Shown: positions 18,424 through 28,610, counted from the stretch's first letter. The stretch: 32,000 nt of DNA from Pseudodesulfovibrio mercurii (GCF_000189295.2 NC_016803.1:1770001-1802000), one strand, 5' to 3'. Translations and numbers: made by a program. Notes: generated from the letters alone by a model not told the origin.

Positions 18424-19491
18424 ATGGCCCGTAAAGCCGTTGACCCCGACGCCCTGCGCAAGGAAGCGCTGGGCACCGCCCTGACCACCATCGAACGCAA
18501 GTTCGGCAAGGGCTCTATCATGCGCCTGGATGACGAGGCGTCCCATTCCATCCCGTTCATCCCCACCGGGTCCATCGGCCTGGACATCGCGCTCGGCATC
18601 GGCGGCGTGCCGCGCGGCCGGGTCATTGAGATCTTCGGTCCCGAATCCTCGGGCAAGACCACCCTGGCCCTGCACATCATCGCCCAGGCCCAGAAGCGGG
18701 GCGGCGCGGCCGCGTTCGTGGACGCCGAGCACGCGCTCGACCCCAACTACGCCAAACGCCTCGGGGTCAAGACCGACGAACTGCTCATCTCCCAGCCCGA
18801 CTACGGCGAGCAGGCCCTGGAGATCGCCGACCTGCTGGTGCGCTCCGGCGCGCTCGACGTGGTCGTCATCGACTCCGTGGCCGCGCTCATCCCGCAGTCC
18901 GAACTCGAAGGCCAGATGGGCGAGACCCAGGTGGGCGGCCAGGCCCGGCTCATGTCCCACGCCCTGCGCAAGCTGACCGGCACCATCCACAAGTCCAACT
19001 GCGTGGTCATCTTCATCAACCAGATCCGCATGAAGATCGGCATGACCGGCTACGGCAACCCCGAGACCACCTCGGGCGGCAACGCGCTCAAGTTCTACGC
19101 CTCCTGCCGTCTGGACATCCGCCGCATCCAGACCCTCAAGGACAAGGAGGAGGCCTACGGCATCCGCGCCCGCATCAAGGTGGTCAAGAACAAGGTCGCC
19201 CCGCCCTTCCGCCAGGCCGAGGTGGACGTGCTCTACGGCCAGGGCATCTCGCGCATGGGCGAGATCATCGACATGGGCGTGGAGAACGGCATCATCGAGA
19301 AGTCCGGTTCCTGGTTCGCCTTCGGCTCCGAGAAGCTCGGCCAGGGCAAGGAGAACGTCCGCGCCCTGTTGCAGGACAACCCGGACCTGGCCGAGGCCAT
19401 CGAGGAGGCCCTGATGGCCCACCTCGGCTTCCGCGACGTGCCCGAGGACGAGGCCGCGCCGACCCCGGACGCCGGAGATTCCGGCGAATAG
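18424..19491 (+). CDS. recA: recombinase RecA
   Basis: Start at ATG 18424 (GGAGGAG upstream) rather than the track's 18340. Walker A ([15 protein letters not shown]), [11 protein letters not shown]1/L2 loop regions and an acidic C-terminal tail are all unmistakable. Confidence 0.97.
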   Translation: MARKAVDPDALRKEALGTALTTIERKFGKGSIMRLDDEASHSIPFIPTGSIGLDIALGIGGVPRGRVIEIFGPESSGKTTLALHIIAQAQKRGGAAAFVDAEHALDPNYAKRLGVKTDELLISQPDYGEQALEIADLLVRSGALDVVVIDSVAALIPQSELEGQMGETQVGGQARLMSHALRKLTGTIHKSNCVVIFINQIRMKIGMTGYGNPETTSGGNALKFYASCRLDIRRIQTLKDKEEAYGIRARIKVVKNKVAPPFRQAEVDVLYGQGISRMGEIIDMGVENGIIEKSGSWFAFGSEKLGQGKENVRALLQDNPDLAEAIEEALMAHLGFRDVPEDEAAPTPDAGDSGE

Positions 19492-19512
19492 CCCCTTTTT
19501 CAGCCCGAAACG

Positions 19513-19548
19513 AGCGCCCCGGGCCCAGGGCCCAGGGGCGCTTTTCTT
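19513..19548 (+). terminator. terminator after recA
   Basis: AGCGCCCC (19513-19520) pairs with GGGGCGCT (19535-19542), followed by TTTCTTC. Confidence 0.65.
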
Positions 19549-19581
19549 CGGCAAGACCATCCCTTTGGAGAAAATCAACCG

Positions 19582-22221
19582 ATGAAAGCCAACGAAATCC
19601 GTCAACGGTTCCTTGAGTACTTCGAGAGGAACGGCCACACCATTGTGGAATCCTCTCCCCTGACCCCCAAGGACGACCCGAGCCTGCTCTTCACCAACGC
19701 GGGCATGGTCCAGTTCAAGAAGCTCTTCCTGGGCCAGGAAAAGCGCGACTACATCCGCGCCACCACGGCCCAGAAATGCCTGCGCGTGGGCGGCAAGCAC
19801 AACGACCTGGAAAACGTGGGCCGCACCGCCCGCCACCACACCTTTTTCGAGATGCTCGGCAACTTCTCCTTCGGCGACTACTTCAAGGAGGACGCCATCC
19901 GCTTCTGCTGGCAGTTCCTGACCGAGGAGCTGAAGCTGGACAAGAGCCGCCTGTACATCACCATCTACAAGGACGACGACGAGGCGGGCGAGCTGTGGCG
20001 GAAGGTGGCCGGGGTCCCCGAGGAGCGCATCTACCGGCTGGGCGAGAAGGACAACTTCTGGTCCATGGGCGACACCGGCCCGTGCGGCCCCTGCTCCGAG
20101 GTCCACTACGACCAGGGCGAGGAAGTGGGCTGCGGCCCCAACTGCGGCATCGGCAAGTGCGACTGCGACCGGTTCCTGGAGATCTGGAACCTGGTCTTCA
20201 TGCAGTACGACCAGGCCGAGGACGGCACCCGCACCAACCTGCCCCGGCCCAGCATCGACACGGGCATGGGGCTCGAGCGCATCGCCGCCGTGGTCCAGGG
20301 CGTGCACTCCAACTACGAGACCGACCTCTTTCAGAGCATCATCAAGTACACCGCCGACCTGGCGGGCGTAAAGTACCGGGAATCCGAGGAGATCGACACC
20401 GCCCTCCAGGTCATCGCCGACCACTCGCGGGCCATCGCCTTCCTCATCCCGGACCAGGTCCTGCCCTCCAACGAGGGGCGCGGCTACATCCTGCGCCGCC
20501 TCATCCGCCGGGCCTACCGCTTCGGCAAGCTCATGGGGCTGACCGGCACCTTCCTGTGGAAGACCGCCTCCAAGGTCATCGACGACATGGGCGGCCACTA
20601 CAAGGAACTCGAGGAGACCCGCAACTTCATGGTCGAGGTGGTCCGCGGCGAGGAGGAATCCTTTGCCAAGACCCTGGACAAGGGGCTGGAAATGCTCGAG
20701 GAGGAGCTGGCCGAGCTGAAGAAGGCGGGCGCCGCCATCGTCCCCGGCGAGACCACCTTCAAGCTCTACGACACCTACGGCTTCCCCATCGACATCGTCC
20801 GCGACGTGGCCGAACAGCAGGGCATGGGCGTGGACGAGGCCGAATTCGACAAATTCATGCAGGAACAGAAGCAGCGCTCCAAGGCCGCCTGGAAGGGCTC
20901 CGGCGAAAAGGACGTGGCCTCCGTGTTCCAGACCCTGCTCGAGCAGGACGTGACCAGCGAGTTCTCGGGATACGAGACCATGGCCGACCAGTCCGCCATC
21001 GCCTACGTGCTGACCCCCGAGGGCGAGGTCGTGGACGAACTCAAGGCGGGCGAGTCCGGCTGGCTGGTGGCCGAGGTCACCCCGTTCTACGGCGAGTCCG
21101 GCGGCCAGGTGGGCGACACCGGGGCCATCGCGGCCCGGAACGGCAAGGCGGACGTGCTCGACACGGTCAAGCCGTCCAAGAACCTGACCGCGCACAAGAT
21201 TGTCGTCTCCGAGGGCGTGCTCAAGCCCGGCGACGCGGCCTTCCTCAACGTGGACCGCTCGCAGCGGCTGGCGACCATGCGCAACCACACCTCCACCCAC
21301 CTGCTCCACGCCGCCCTGCAGAAGGTGCTCGGCGACCACGCCAAGCAGGCGGGCTCCCTGGTGGGCCCGGACCGGCTGCGCTTCGACTTCACGCACATCA
21401 AGGGCCTGTCTCCCGAGGAGATCGCCGAGGTCGAGAAGCTGGTCAACCAGGCAATCTTCGAGGCCATCCCCGTGACCCGCGAGGTCATGTCCATCGAGGC
21501 GGCCCAGGCCAAGGGCGCCACCGCCCTGTTCGGCGAAAAATACGGCGACACGGTCTCGGTCATCGAGGTGCCGGGCGTGTCCATGGAATTCTGCGGCGGC
21601 ACCCACCTGGACAACACCGGCATCGCCGGGTCCTTCGTGATCACGTCCGAGTCCGGCGTGGCCGCGGGCATCCGGCGCATCGAGGCGGCCACCGGCCACA
21701 ACGCCGTGGCCTGGCTGAACGAGCGCCGCGAGGCCGCTTCCGAGGCCGGGGCCATGCTCAAGGCCCAGCCCGCCGACCTGCCCAAAAAGGTCCGGGACCT
21801 CCAGCAGCAGGTCAAGGACATGAACAGGGAGATGAAGTCCCTCCAGGCCAAGCTCGCCTCGGGCGCGGGCCGCGACATGATGAGCGAGGTGGAGGAGCTG
21901 AACGGGGTCAAGGTCCTGGCCGTCAAGGTGGACGCCCCGAACATGGGCGTCATGCTCGAACAGATGGACGCCCTGCGCTCCAAGCTGCCCTCCGGCGTCA
22001 TCTGCCTCATCGCCCCGCACGAGGACGGCAAGGTCTCGGTGGCCCTGTCCGTGACCAAGGACCTGCACTCCCGGTTCAAGGCCGGCGACCTGATCAAGCC
22101 CGTGGCCGGCGAAGTCGGCGGCGGGGGCGGCGGCCGCCCGGACCTGGCCCGCGCGGGCGGCTCCAATCCCGAAGGCATCGACAAGGCCCTGGCCAAACTC
22201 CGGGAACTCATCGCGGGCTAG
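19582..22221 (+). CDS. alaS: alanine--tRNA ligase
   Basis: 879 aa. Typical AlaRS N-terminus ([18 protein letters not shown]...[10 protein letters not shown]...[16 protein letters not shown]), editing-domain HxxxH/CxxxH motifs (HTSTHLLH; CGGTH) and a C-terminal DHHA1-like region. Confidence 0.97.
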   Translation: MKANEIRQRFLEYFERNGHTIVESSPLTPKDDPSLLFTNAGMVQFKKLFLGQEKRDYIRATTAQKCLRVGGKHNDLENVGRTARHHTFFEMLGNFSFGDYFKEDAIRFCWQFLTEELKLDKSRLYITIYKDDDEAGELWRKVAGVPEERIYRLGEKDNFWSMGDTGPCGPCSEVHYDQGEEVGCGPNCGIGKCDCDRFLEIWNLVFMQYDQAEDGTRTNLPRPSIDTGMGLERIAAVVQGVHSNYETDLFQSIIKYTADLAGVKYRESEEIDTALQVIADHSRAIAFLIPDQVLPSNEGRGYILRRLIRRAYRFGKLMGLTGTFLWKTASKVIDDMGGHYKELEETRNFMVEVVRGEEESFAKTLDKGLEMLEEELAELKKAGAAIVPGETTFKLYDTYGFPIDIVRDVAEQQGMGVDEAEFDKFMQEQKQRSKAAWKGSGEKDVASVFQTLLEQDVTSEFSGYETMADQSAIAYVLTPEGEVVDELKAGESGWLVAEVTPFYGESGGQVGDTGAIAARNGKADVLDTVKPSKNLTAHKIVVSEGVLKPGDAAFLNVDRSQRLATMRNHTSTHLLHAALQKVLGDHAKQAGSLVGPDRLRFDFTHIKGLSPEEIAEVEKLVNQAIFEAIPVTREVMSIEAAQAKGATALFGEKYGDTVSVIEVPGVSMEFCGGTHLDNTGIAGSFVITSESGVAAGIRRIEAATGHNAVAWLNERREAASEAGAMLKAQPADLPKKVRDLQQQVKDMNREMKSLQAKLASGAGRDMMSEVEELNGVKVLAVKVDAPNMGVMLEQMDALRSKLPSGVICLIAPHEDGKVSVALSVTKDLHSRFKAGDLIKPVAGEVGGGGGGRPDLARAGGSNPEGIDKALAKLRELIAG

Positions 22222-22242
22222 GCGCGCGTTCAATACAAATAA

Positions 22243-22280
22243 GAAAAGGGTCCCCGCACCGATGCGGGGACCCTTTTTTC
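22243..22280. terminator. bidirectional terminator shared by alaS (+) and the MFS gene (-)
   Basis: GGGTCCCCGCA (22248-22258) pairs with TGCGGGGACCC (22263-22273), with AAAA upstream and TTTTTT downstream. It lies between convergent stops. Confidence 0.85.
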
Positions 22281-22310
22281 GTGCGGCTCCGGCAATGCCG
22301 AAGGCGGCGC

Positions 22311-23519
22311 CTACCGCCCTTCGTCCAGCGGCGGGCTGTAGTTCCTGAGCAGCACGGCCACGATCACGCCGCCCACCGCGATGAGGCTGGCCCCGGCCGT
22401 GAATACCCAGGAGATGCCCAGGGCGTCGAAGATGACCCCGGACAGGATGGGCGAGACGATCATGCCGAAGCTGTACGCCGCGTCGGTCACGCTCATGAGC
22501 GAGGCCATGCCCATGGTCCGGCCGAGGTAGCCGGTGATGACCAGGCTGCCAGGCAGGATGAAGCCGGTGGACGTGCCCATGAGGATATTCAGGACGAGCA
22601 GCCGCCAGAAGTCCGTGCTGAAGGGCATGCAGAAGACCGCCACGGCCACCCCGAACATGCCCAGGATGACCACGCGCTTGGGGTTGGTCCGGTCGGCCAG
22701 CCGCCCCACGGGCCGCTGCATCAGGGCGATGAGGAAGACGTTGGCGGACAGCAGGATGCCGAACCGGGAGCCGGACATGCCGATCTGGTGGGCGTAGATG
22801 GGCAGGAAGGTGTAGACCGCGCCCTGGCCCGAGGCGCTGAAGAAGCGCATCAGGACGATGGCGAACGCCGTGCGGTCGGCCAGGATCTGGCGGAAGGTGG
22901 CCGTCCCGGTCCGACGGGTGACCGCCCCGCTCTCCCGGTCCGGGGGCACGAAGAAGATCACGAAGGCCGCCGTGCCCAGGGAGACGATGCACAGGGCGTA
23001 GAAGGCGGCGGGCATGCCGAAGTGTTCCTGGATGACGCCGCCCAGGGTCGGGCCCACGCCCAGGCCGATCATGGCGGCCATGTTCAGGGTGCCCATGTAG
23101 TTCCCGAGCTGCCCCTGGGGGGCGATGTCGGCGGCCAGGGCCATGGCGATGGGCACCACCAGCAGGGAGGTGAAGCCGTGGGCCAGGCGGACCGCGATCA
23201 GGGCCTCGGCGGAGTGGGCCGCCAGGTAGGCGCAGGACACGGCCGCGTAGAGCACCAGCCCGATGAGGATGAACGACTTGCGCCCCATGCGGTCGGAGAA
23301 GCGCCCGACAAAGGGCGCGCAGGCGGTGCGGGAGACGTTGAAGCTGGCGATGATCGTGCCGACGACGAAACCGCCGACGCCCATCTGGGCGGCGAGGATC
23401 GGCAGGATGGGCCAGACAATGCCGAGCCCGACCATGGTCACGCCGATGGATACGGACAGGGAGAAGAGCACGGCGGCGGAATTGGTTTGCATGTGAAATC
23501 GCATCATGCCCGGTGGCAT
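22311..23519 (-). CDS. MFS transporter
   Basis: 402 aa with about 12 TM segments. The MFS loop motif GRFSDRMGRK lies between TM2 and TM3. The start is uncertain (ATGs at 23519, 23507, 23504 and 23492; none has a good SD). Confidence 0.85.
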   Translation of the reverse strand: MPPGMMRFHMQTNSAAVLFSLSVSIGVTMVGLGIVWPILPILAAQMGVGGFVVGTIIASFNVSRTACAPFVGRFSDRMGRKSFILIGLVLYAAVSCAYLAAHSAEALIAVRLAHGFTSLLVVPIAMALAADIAPQGQLGNYMGTLNMAAMIGLGVGPTLGGVIQEHFGMPAAFYALCIVSLGTAAFVIFFVPPDRESGAVTRRTGTATFRQILADRTAFAIVLMRFFSASGQGAVYTFLPIYAHQIGMSGSRFGILLSANVFLIALMQRPVGRLADRTNPKRVVILGMFGVAVAVFCMPFSTDFWRLLVLNILMGTSTGFILPGSLVITGYLGRTMGMASLMSVTDAAYSFGMIVSPILSGVIFDALGISWVFTAGASLIAVGGVIVAVLLRNYSPPLDEGR

Positions 23520-23856
23520 GCGGCTTTGAGCGGGACGGGATGTCCCTCGGAACGCGCCTGCCTTACCACGCCCCGCCCGCCAGGGAAAGCGCTAGTTGGC
23601 CGGTCCGCGCGGATCGGGCCCACCGGACCGTCCGCGCCGGGAGAGCCAAACAAAAAGCTTGTGGGCCTCTCTCTTTTCATGTAAGTACCTCTTCCCGGTC
23701 TGCACCACCGGCCCCCGAGAACAACCCGTTACAACCCCGTTCTCCTGGGTCAGGCGGCCTGATCGCGTGGCTACTCATATATAGTTGAAATGGGTTGACA
23801 CGCGGGCGAGATGCCCGTAAAGGTCCCCTTCTTGAGAATTTGCAAGGAGCATTTTT

Positions 23857-24285
23857 ATGAAGACATATAGCCCGAAGCCGGAAGACGCGAACCGCGAGTG
23901 GTTCATCGTCGACGCCACGGACAAGATCCTGGGCCGCTTGGCCACCGAGATCACCAACCGTCTGCGCGGCAAGCACAAGCCTGAGTTCGCCTCCCACATG
24001 GACATGGGCGACTTCGTCATCGTCATCAACGCCGACAAGATTCAGGTGACCGGCCAGAAGATGGACAAGAAGATGTACTACAAGCACACCAACCATCCCG
24101 GCGGCCTGAAGGAAAAGACTCTCCGCCAGATGCTGGACATCAAGCCTGAGAACGTCATCACCGCCGCCGTCAAGGGCATGCTGCCCAAGAACAAGCTGGC
24201 CGCCCAGCAGCTGAAGAAGCTGAAGGTCTACGCCGGTCCCGAGCACCCGCACGCGGCCCAGGCTCCCAAACCTCTGGATTTCTAA
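23857..24285 (+). CDS. rplM: 50S ribosomal protein L13
   Basis: 142 aa, [32 protein letters not shown]...; SD AAGGAG lies 8 nt upstream. Confidence 0.97.
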   Translation: MKTYSPKPEDANREWFIVDATDKILGRLATEITNRLRGKHKPEFASHMDMGDFVIVINADKIQVTGQKMDKKMYYKHTNHPGGLKEKTLRQMLDIKPENVITAAVKGMLPKNKLAAQQLKKLKVYAGPEHPHAAQAPKPLDF

Positions 24286-24297
24286 TCGGGGATTATC

Positions 24298-24687
24298 ATG
24301 AGCGATTTCACCTACGCCACTGGCAAACGTAAGAATGCGATCTCCCGGACCCGCCTTTACGCCGGTACCGGCCAGATCACCGTCAACGGCCGTCCCTTCG
24401 AGGACTACTTCCCCCGCAAGACCCTGCAGATGGTCGTCCAGCAGCCGCTGAAGCTGGTCAAGATGCTCGAGCGCTTCGACGTCAAGGCCAACTGCACCGG
24501 CGGCGGCGTGTCCGGCCAGGCCGAGGCCCTGCGCCACGGCATCGCCCGCGCCCTGTGCGAGCTCGACCCCGAGCTGCGTTCCGTGCTCAAGCCCGCCGGT
24601 CTCCTGACCCGCGACGCCCGCAAGAAGGAACGCAAGAAGTACGGCCTCCGCGGCGCCCGCGCCTCCTTCCAGTTCTCCAAGCGTTAA
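24298..24687 (+). CDS. rpsI: 30S ribosomal protein S9
   Basis: 129 aa ending ...[18 protein letters not shown]. It lies 12 nt after rplM, the conserved rplM-rpsI operon arrangement. Confidence 0.97.
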   Translation: MSDFTYATGKRKNAISRTRLYAGTGQITVNGRPFEDYFPRKTLQMVVQQPLKLVKMLERFDVKANCTGGGVSGQAEALRHGIARALCELDPELRSVLKPAGLLTRDARKKERKKYGLRGARASFQFSKR

Positions 24688-24713
24688 GCCGAACTGGATC
24701 TACCAGACCATTC

Positions 24714-24743
24714 AGGCCGGTACCGAAAGGTGCCGGCCTTTTC
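24714..24743 (+). terminator. terminator of the rplM-rpsI operon
   Basis: AGGCCGGTACC (24714-24724), loop GAAA, GGTGCCGGCCT (24729-24739), then TTTT. Confidence 0.85.
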
Positions 24744-24824
24744 ACGTTGCCCCGCCCGGGAGCCCCCTCTCCGGCCATTCATTCCTTGCCCCGACACCTG
24801 TTTTGCCCTTAGGATGCCCCCATC

Positions 24825-26087
24825 ATGACAGCCAAGAAAAAACCACAGCCGCGCATGCTCTTCGCCTCGCCCGAAGGCGAAATCTTCGACCACCCCGACC
24901 TGCTGCTCATGGTCCGCAGAGGCGACGAGTTCGGCCTCCCCAGGCCCGACGAGATCATCCCCCTGCCCGAAGAGTCCGAATTCTTCATGCTGCCCGGCCG
25001 CCACGCCATGGGCTACAGCCAGGAGGACGGCCAGGCCGAGGTCATGGACGAACTGGCCGTGGCCGCCTTCGTCTGCCCCGGACACACCGTCACCGGCATC
25101 GCCGCCTATGAGTCCGACGACGACGCGCCCGTGCTGCCCCTGCTCTCCTACGCGGCCATCGGCTACGCCAACGGCAGGTTCTGGGTCTGCGCCAAGAAGG
25201 TGGACGAGGACCAGCGCCAGGTCTTCTGCCACATCGCGCCCGACCGCATCGAGGCCGGGGCCCACGAGCTGCTCTCCGCCATGCCCGACAACCGCCTGGT
25301 CAACCACCTGGCGGGCTGCGCCCTGACCAGCGGCTGCCCGGCCGCCAAGAACCTGGCGCTCGGCCGGTTCGAATGCCCCCTGCCCACCTCCCGGACCTGC
25401 AACGCCGAATGCGTGGGCTGCATCTCCCTCCAGCGCCCGGACTCCGGCTTCCCCTCGCCCCAGTGCCGCATCGCCTTCCGGCCCACCGCCGACGAGATCG
25501 TCCAGATCATGCGCCGCCACGAATCGCGCGAACGCCGACCCATCTTCTCCTTCGGCCAGGGATGCGAAGGCGAACCCCTGCTCGAGGCCGAACTCATCTG
25601 CGAGGCCGTGGCCAAATACCGCCACGAAGGCGGCACCGGCACGGTCAACGTCAATACCAACGGCTCGCGGCACCAGGCCATGCCCGCCCTCAAGATCGCC
25701 GGGGTCAACTCCATCCGCGTCAGCCTGAACTCCGCCCGCAAGGGACCCTACGAGGCCTACTACCGGCCCCACGGCTATACCTTCGAGGACGTGCGCGAAA
25801 CCATCTGCAAGGCCCACGACGTCGGCCTGTTCGTCTCCCTCAACCTGCTCTTCTTCCCCGGCATCACCGATACCGAAGAGGAATTCGACGCCCTCGTCGA
25901 ACTGGGCGAGGCCTGCCGCTACGACTTCATCCAGCTGCGCAACCTCAACCTCGACCCCGAACTCTACCTCCGCCTCATGGAACCCTTCGGCCACTCGCCC
26001 TCCATGGGCTTCAACAACTTCAAGAAACGACTCAAAAAAGCCCTCCCCTGGCTCGAATACGGCTACTTCAACCCGTACCTGGGCTAG
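24825..26087 (+). CDS. radical SAM protein with an uncharacterised N-terminal domain of about 190 aa
   Basis: 420 aa. CNAECVGC (CxxxCxxC) at about residues 192-199, followed by a TIM-barrel-like region (FSFGQGCEGEPLL, NTNGS, IRVSLNS). I recognise no motif in the N-terminal half. Confidence 0.8.
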   Translation: MTAKKKPQPRMLFASPEGEIFDHPDLLLMVRRGDEFGLPRPDEIIPLPEESEFFMLPGRHAMGYSQEDGQAEVMDELAVAAFVCPGHTVTGIAAYESDDDAPVLPLLSYAAIGYANGRFWVCAKKVDEDQRQVFCHIAPDRIEAGAHELLSAMPDNRLVNHLAGCALTSGCPAAKNLALGRFECPLPTSRTCNAECVGCISLQRPDSGFPSPQCRIAFRPTADEIVQIMRRHESRERRPIFSFGQGCEGEPLLEAELICEAVAKYRHEGGTGTVNVNTNGSRHQAMPALKIAGVNSIRVSLNSARKGPYEAYYRPHGYTFEDVRETICKAHDVGLFVSLNLLFFPGITDTEEEFDALVELGEACRYDFIQLRNLNLDPELYLRLMEPFGHSPSMGFNNFKKRLKKALPWLEYGYFNPYLG

Positions 26088-26142
26088 ATAACCGCGCCCC
26101 GACGAGCTCGGGGAATGCCTCCGGCGGGCCCTCGCCGGGCGG

Positions 26143-26499
26143 GCGCCTCCGGCGGCCAGGGAACCCTTTGAAAAGGGTTCCCTGGACCCTCCCAAACTTT
26201 TTGTGTGCCTTCGGCAACGACGTGCGGACGCGCGTTGCCGGAGGGTTGGGGTGTGGGCGATGGAACGGAGCTGGGTGCGGATTCGCGGGGAGCCTGGTCG
26301 GGCGCTGCCGGACGGCGTGTTGGAGCGACGGCAGAAAAAATCAGCCTTTTAAATGAGCTACACACCCCGCGAAGCGGCACCAAAAAGTTTAGGGGGGTGA
26401 GAGAGGGGTTGGGGGTCCAGGGGGGAAGGGGAGAGAGAGGGGACCATTTTCTCAAAGGGTCCCCTCTCTCTCCCCTTCCCCCCTGGCCGCCGGAGGCGC
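26143..26499. repeat. 357-bp MITE-like element: two inverted half-copies of the hairpin repeat family, 18-bp perfect terminal inverted repeats
   Basis: GCGCCTCCGGCGGCCAGG (26143-26160) is the exact reverse complement of 26482-26499. A perfect 30-nt palindrome lies at 26156-26185 (CCAGGGAACCCTTTgaAAAGGGTTCCCTGG). A long imperfect hairpin lies at 26417-26486. AAACTTTTTG modules sit inside both ends. There is no credible ORF. Confidence 0.65.
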
Positions 26500-26507
26500 A
26501 GGCGCGG

Positions 26508-27254
26508 CTACTTGCCCGTCTTGCCGCTGCGGGCGGACATGATTTCGGTCATGAGGTCCACCTGGAGTTGTTGGATATCCAGGAGTCGTTCCCACTGGTT
26601 GGAGATGAGGTGGTCGAGCTTTTCGTGCAGGTGGCGGATTTCGAGTTCGGCCTTGAGGTTGACCTTGTAGTCGTTCTCGGCCCGGGCGCGGTCTTTGTCC
26701 TCCTGGCGGTTCTGGCTCATCATGATGATCGGGGCCTGGATGGCGGCCAGGAGGGAGAGCATGAGGTTGAGCAGGATGAAGGGATAGGGGTCGAAGGGCT
26801 TGAAGATCAGGAGCAGCGTGTTGACGAGAATCCAGACGAAGATGAACGCGCCGAAGAGGATGATGAATTTCCAGCTGCCGCCGAAGTCGGCGATGAGGTC
26901 GGCCAGCCGTTCGCCTCGGGTGCGCGTGCGGTCCATCTCCTCTTCGGGGTTGCTGGACAGGAGCTCGTTCCGTTGCAGGCTTTGCAGGACCTCCTGGTCC
27001 AGCTCGCTCAGTTCGCCCTTTTCCGAGAGCATGATGTCTTCCACGTACTTGAACCGGAACTGGTTCAGGTCGTCCGTGCAGATGTAGCTGGACTCGGTGA
27101 AGTCCGGCCGTTCCTTGACGATCTCGGCCAGGATCGCGGGCCGGATGGTCGAGGCGGGGAGCATGTTCGCCTTGCTCTGCCCGCATATCTGGCAGACGTG
27201 TCTGGGCCTGGGCTTCGGCGAAGCCGACGGGTGGGGGGAGGACTTCCGGCTCAT
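26508..27254 (-). CDS. DUF1003 domain-containing membrane protein
   Basis: The track ORF starts at GTG 27296; ATG 27254 has GAGG 7 nt upstream. Conserved core: FGGSWKFIILFGAFIFVWILVN...DPYPFILLNLMLSLLAAIQAPIIMMSQNRQEDKDRARAENDYKVNLKAELE. An N-terminal CQICG lies in the cytoplasmic part. Confidence 0.85.
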   Translation of the reverse strand: MSRKSSPHPSASPKPRPRHVCQICGQSKANMLPASTIRPAILAEIVKERPDFTESSYICTDDLNQFRFKYVEDIMLSEKGELSELDQEVLQSLQRNELLSSNPEEEMDRTRTRGERLADLIADFGGSWKFIILFGAFIFVWILVNTLLLIFKPFDPYPFILLNLMLSLLAAIQAPIIMMSQNRQEDKDRARAENDYKVNLKAELEIRHLHEKLDHLISNQWERLLDIQQLQVDLMTEIMSARSGKTGK

Positions 27255-27397
27255 GGCAAACCTCGTTGTGACGGCGATGGGCGCCGGGTGGAACACTGTC
27301 GCGGGGTCCGCCGCCCGGACCCGGCGCGGCGCGCGGACACCGTGATCGTTACCCCACCGGCCCGCCCAGGTAAACCGCCGCGCGCGGCAGGGGCGGG

Positions 27398-27433
27398 GTG
27401 GACAAGTAAAAAACCCCTGCCGCGGGTGCGCGG
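27398..27433 (-). terminator. terminator of purM (usable in both directions)
   Basis: CCCCTGCCGCG (27404-27414) pairs with CGCGGCAGGGG (27419-27429). Minus-sense it is followed by TTTTTT (plus-strand A run 27398-27403). Confidence 0.85.
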
Positions 27434-27464
27434 CAGGGGTTTTGTCTACCTTGCGGGGGGCGGT

Positions 27465-28526
27465 CTACGGGAAGACCACCTCGACCTGTTCGGCGGCCTC
27501 CTGGCGCTTGACGATCTCGCCGATGCGGTAGGCCTCCACGTCCTCGCGGGCGTCGAGTTTTTCCAGGGCCTCGTCGGCGTGGGCCGGGTCCACGATGAGG
27601 ATGTAGCCGATGGAGCAGTTGAAGATCTGGAGCATCTCGGGCCAGGACAGGTCGCCCTGGGCCTTGATCCAGTCGAACACGGGCAGCATGGCCCAGGAGC
27701 CGAAATTGATGGACGCGGCCACGGTTTCGGGCAGCACGCGCGGAATGTTGTCGTAGAAGCCGCCGCCGGTGACGTGGACCATGCCCTTGATGGTCATGGA
27801 CTCCATGAGTTCGAGCACGGGCTTGACGTAGATCCTGGTCGGCTCGATGAGGACCTCGGCCACGGTCCGGTCCGTGCCGGGGAAGGTGTCGTCATGGTCC
27901 AGGCCGGACTGGGCCAGGAGCTTGCGCACCAGGGACCAGCCGTTGGAGTGCACGCCCGAGGAGGCCAGGCCGATGAGCACGTCGCCGGGCGTGATCTCCT
28001 TGCCGGTGACCAGCTTCGGGGTATCGACCATGCCCACGGCAAAGCCGGACAGGTCGTATTCGCCGTCCGGGTAGAAGCCGGGCATTTCGGCGGTCTCGCC
28101 GCCGAGCAGGGCGCAGGCCGACTGGCGGCAGCCCTCGCACACGCCGGAGACCACCTGGGCGGCCACGCCGGGTTCGAGCTTGCCCGTGGCGAAGTAGTCG
28201 AGGAAGAAGAGCGGGGTTGCGCCCTGGACGAGCACGTCGTTGACCGACATGGCCACCAGGTCGATGCCCACGGTGTCGTGCTTGTCGAACATGAAGGCGA
28301 GCTTGAGCTTGGTGCCCACGCCGTCGGTCCCGGCCACGAGCATGGGGGCCTCCATGCCGGCTATCTCGGGCTTGAACAGGCCGCCGAAGCCGCCGATGTC
28401 CGTGGCCACGCCGGGGGTGAAGGTGGACTTGACCATGTCCTTGATGCGGCGGACAAATTCGTTGCCCGCCTCGATGTCCACACCGGCCGAAGTATAGGCC
28501 TGGGATCGCTTGGCGCTGTCGCTCAT
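27465..28526 (-). CDS. purM: phosphoribosylformylglycinamidine cyclo-ligase (AIR synthetase)
   Basis: Start at ATG 28526 (GGAGGAG 6 nt upstream), giving MSDSAKRSQAYTSAGVDIEAGNEFVRRIK...GTDGVGTKLKLA...DLVAMSVNDVLVQGATPLFFLDYFA..., a classical PurM. Confidence 0.95.
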   Translation of the reverse strand: MSDSAKRSQAYTSAGVDIEAGNEFVRRIKDMVKSTFTPGVATDIGGFGGLFKPEIAGMEAPMLVAGTDGVGTKLKLAFMFDKHDTVGIDLVAMSVNDVLVQGATPLFFLDYFATGKLEPGVAAQVVSGVCEGCRQSACALLGGETAEMPGFYPDGEYDLSGFAVGMVDTPKLVTGKEITPGDVLIGLASSGVHSNGWSLVRKLLAQSGLDHDDTFPGTDRTVAEVLIEPTRIYVKPVLELMESMTIKGMVHVTGGGFYDNIPRVLPETVAASINFGSWAMLPVFDWIKAQGDLSWPEMLQIFNCSIGYILIVDPAHADEALEKLDAREDVEAYRIGEIVKRQEAAEQVEVVFP

Positions 28527-28610
28527 GGGTTTCTCCTCCATCGACTTTGGTCGCTTATAGATGGAAGGCGGGCCAAGTTCAAGCAACAAGTGTGCGGCGC
28601 GCCATTTGCA

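Noticed and set aside
16334-18746. Long N-terminal extensions offered by the track for the PP-loop gene (to 17593), the binding-protein gene (to 18746), recA (from 18340), the methyltransferase (from 13291), purM (to 28589) and the small secreted protein (from 28547)
   Set aside because: The extensions are Arg/Pro/Ser-rich, overlap neighbouring genes or promoters, and lack SDs. The internal ATGs have GGAGG-type SDs and give sensible N-termini (PP-loop motif, signal peptides, canonical RecA and PurM starts).
18235-22992. 1585-aa minus-strand ORF, the longest in the track
   Set aside because: It runs antisense to recA and alaS, both unmistakable. Its translation is a low-complexity Gly/Arg/Ala/Asp/His/Leu-dominated string with no motif. 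This is the typical stop-free antisense frame of high-GC DNA.
19776-23684. 1302-aa plus-strand ORF
   Set aside because: It is an off-frame read-through of alaS that continues antisense to the MFS gene. Its Arg/Pro/Gly-rich composition is junk.
23520-23856. Known ncRNA (SRP RNA, 6S RNA, ribosomal-protein leader) in the 337-bp spacer upstream of rplM
   Set aside because: No SRP-domain IV-like motif or 6S-like architecture was recognisable by eye. There are only scattered short hairpins and a weak TTGACA/TAAAGG promoter candidate, which is not enough to call.
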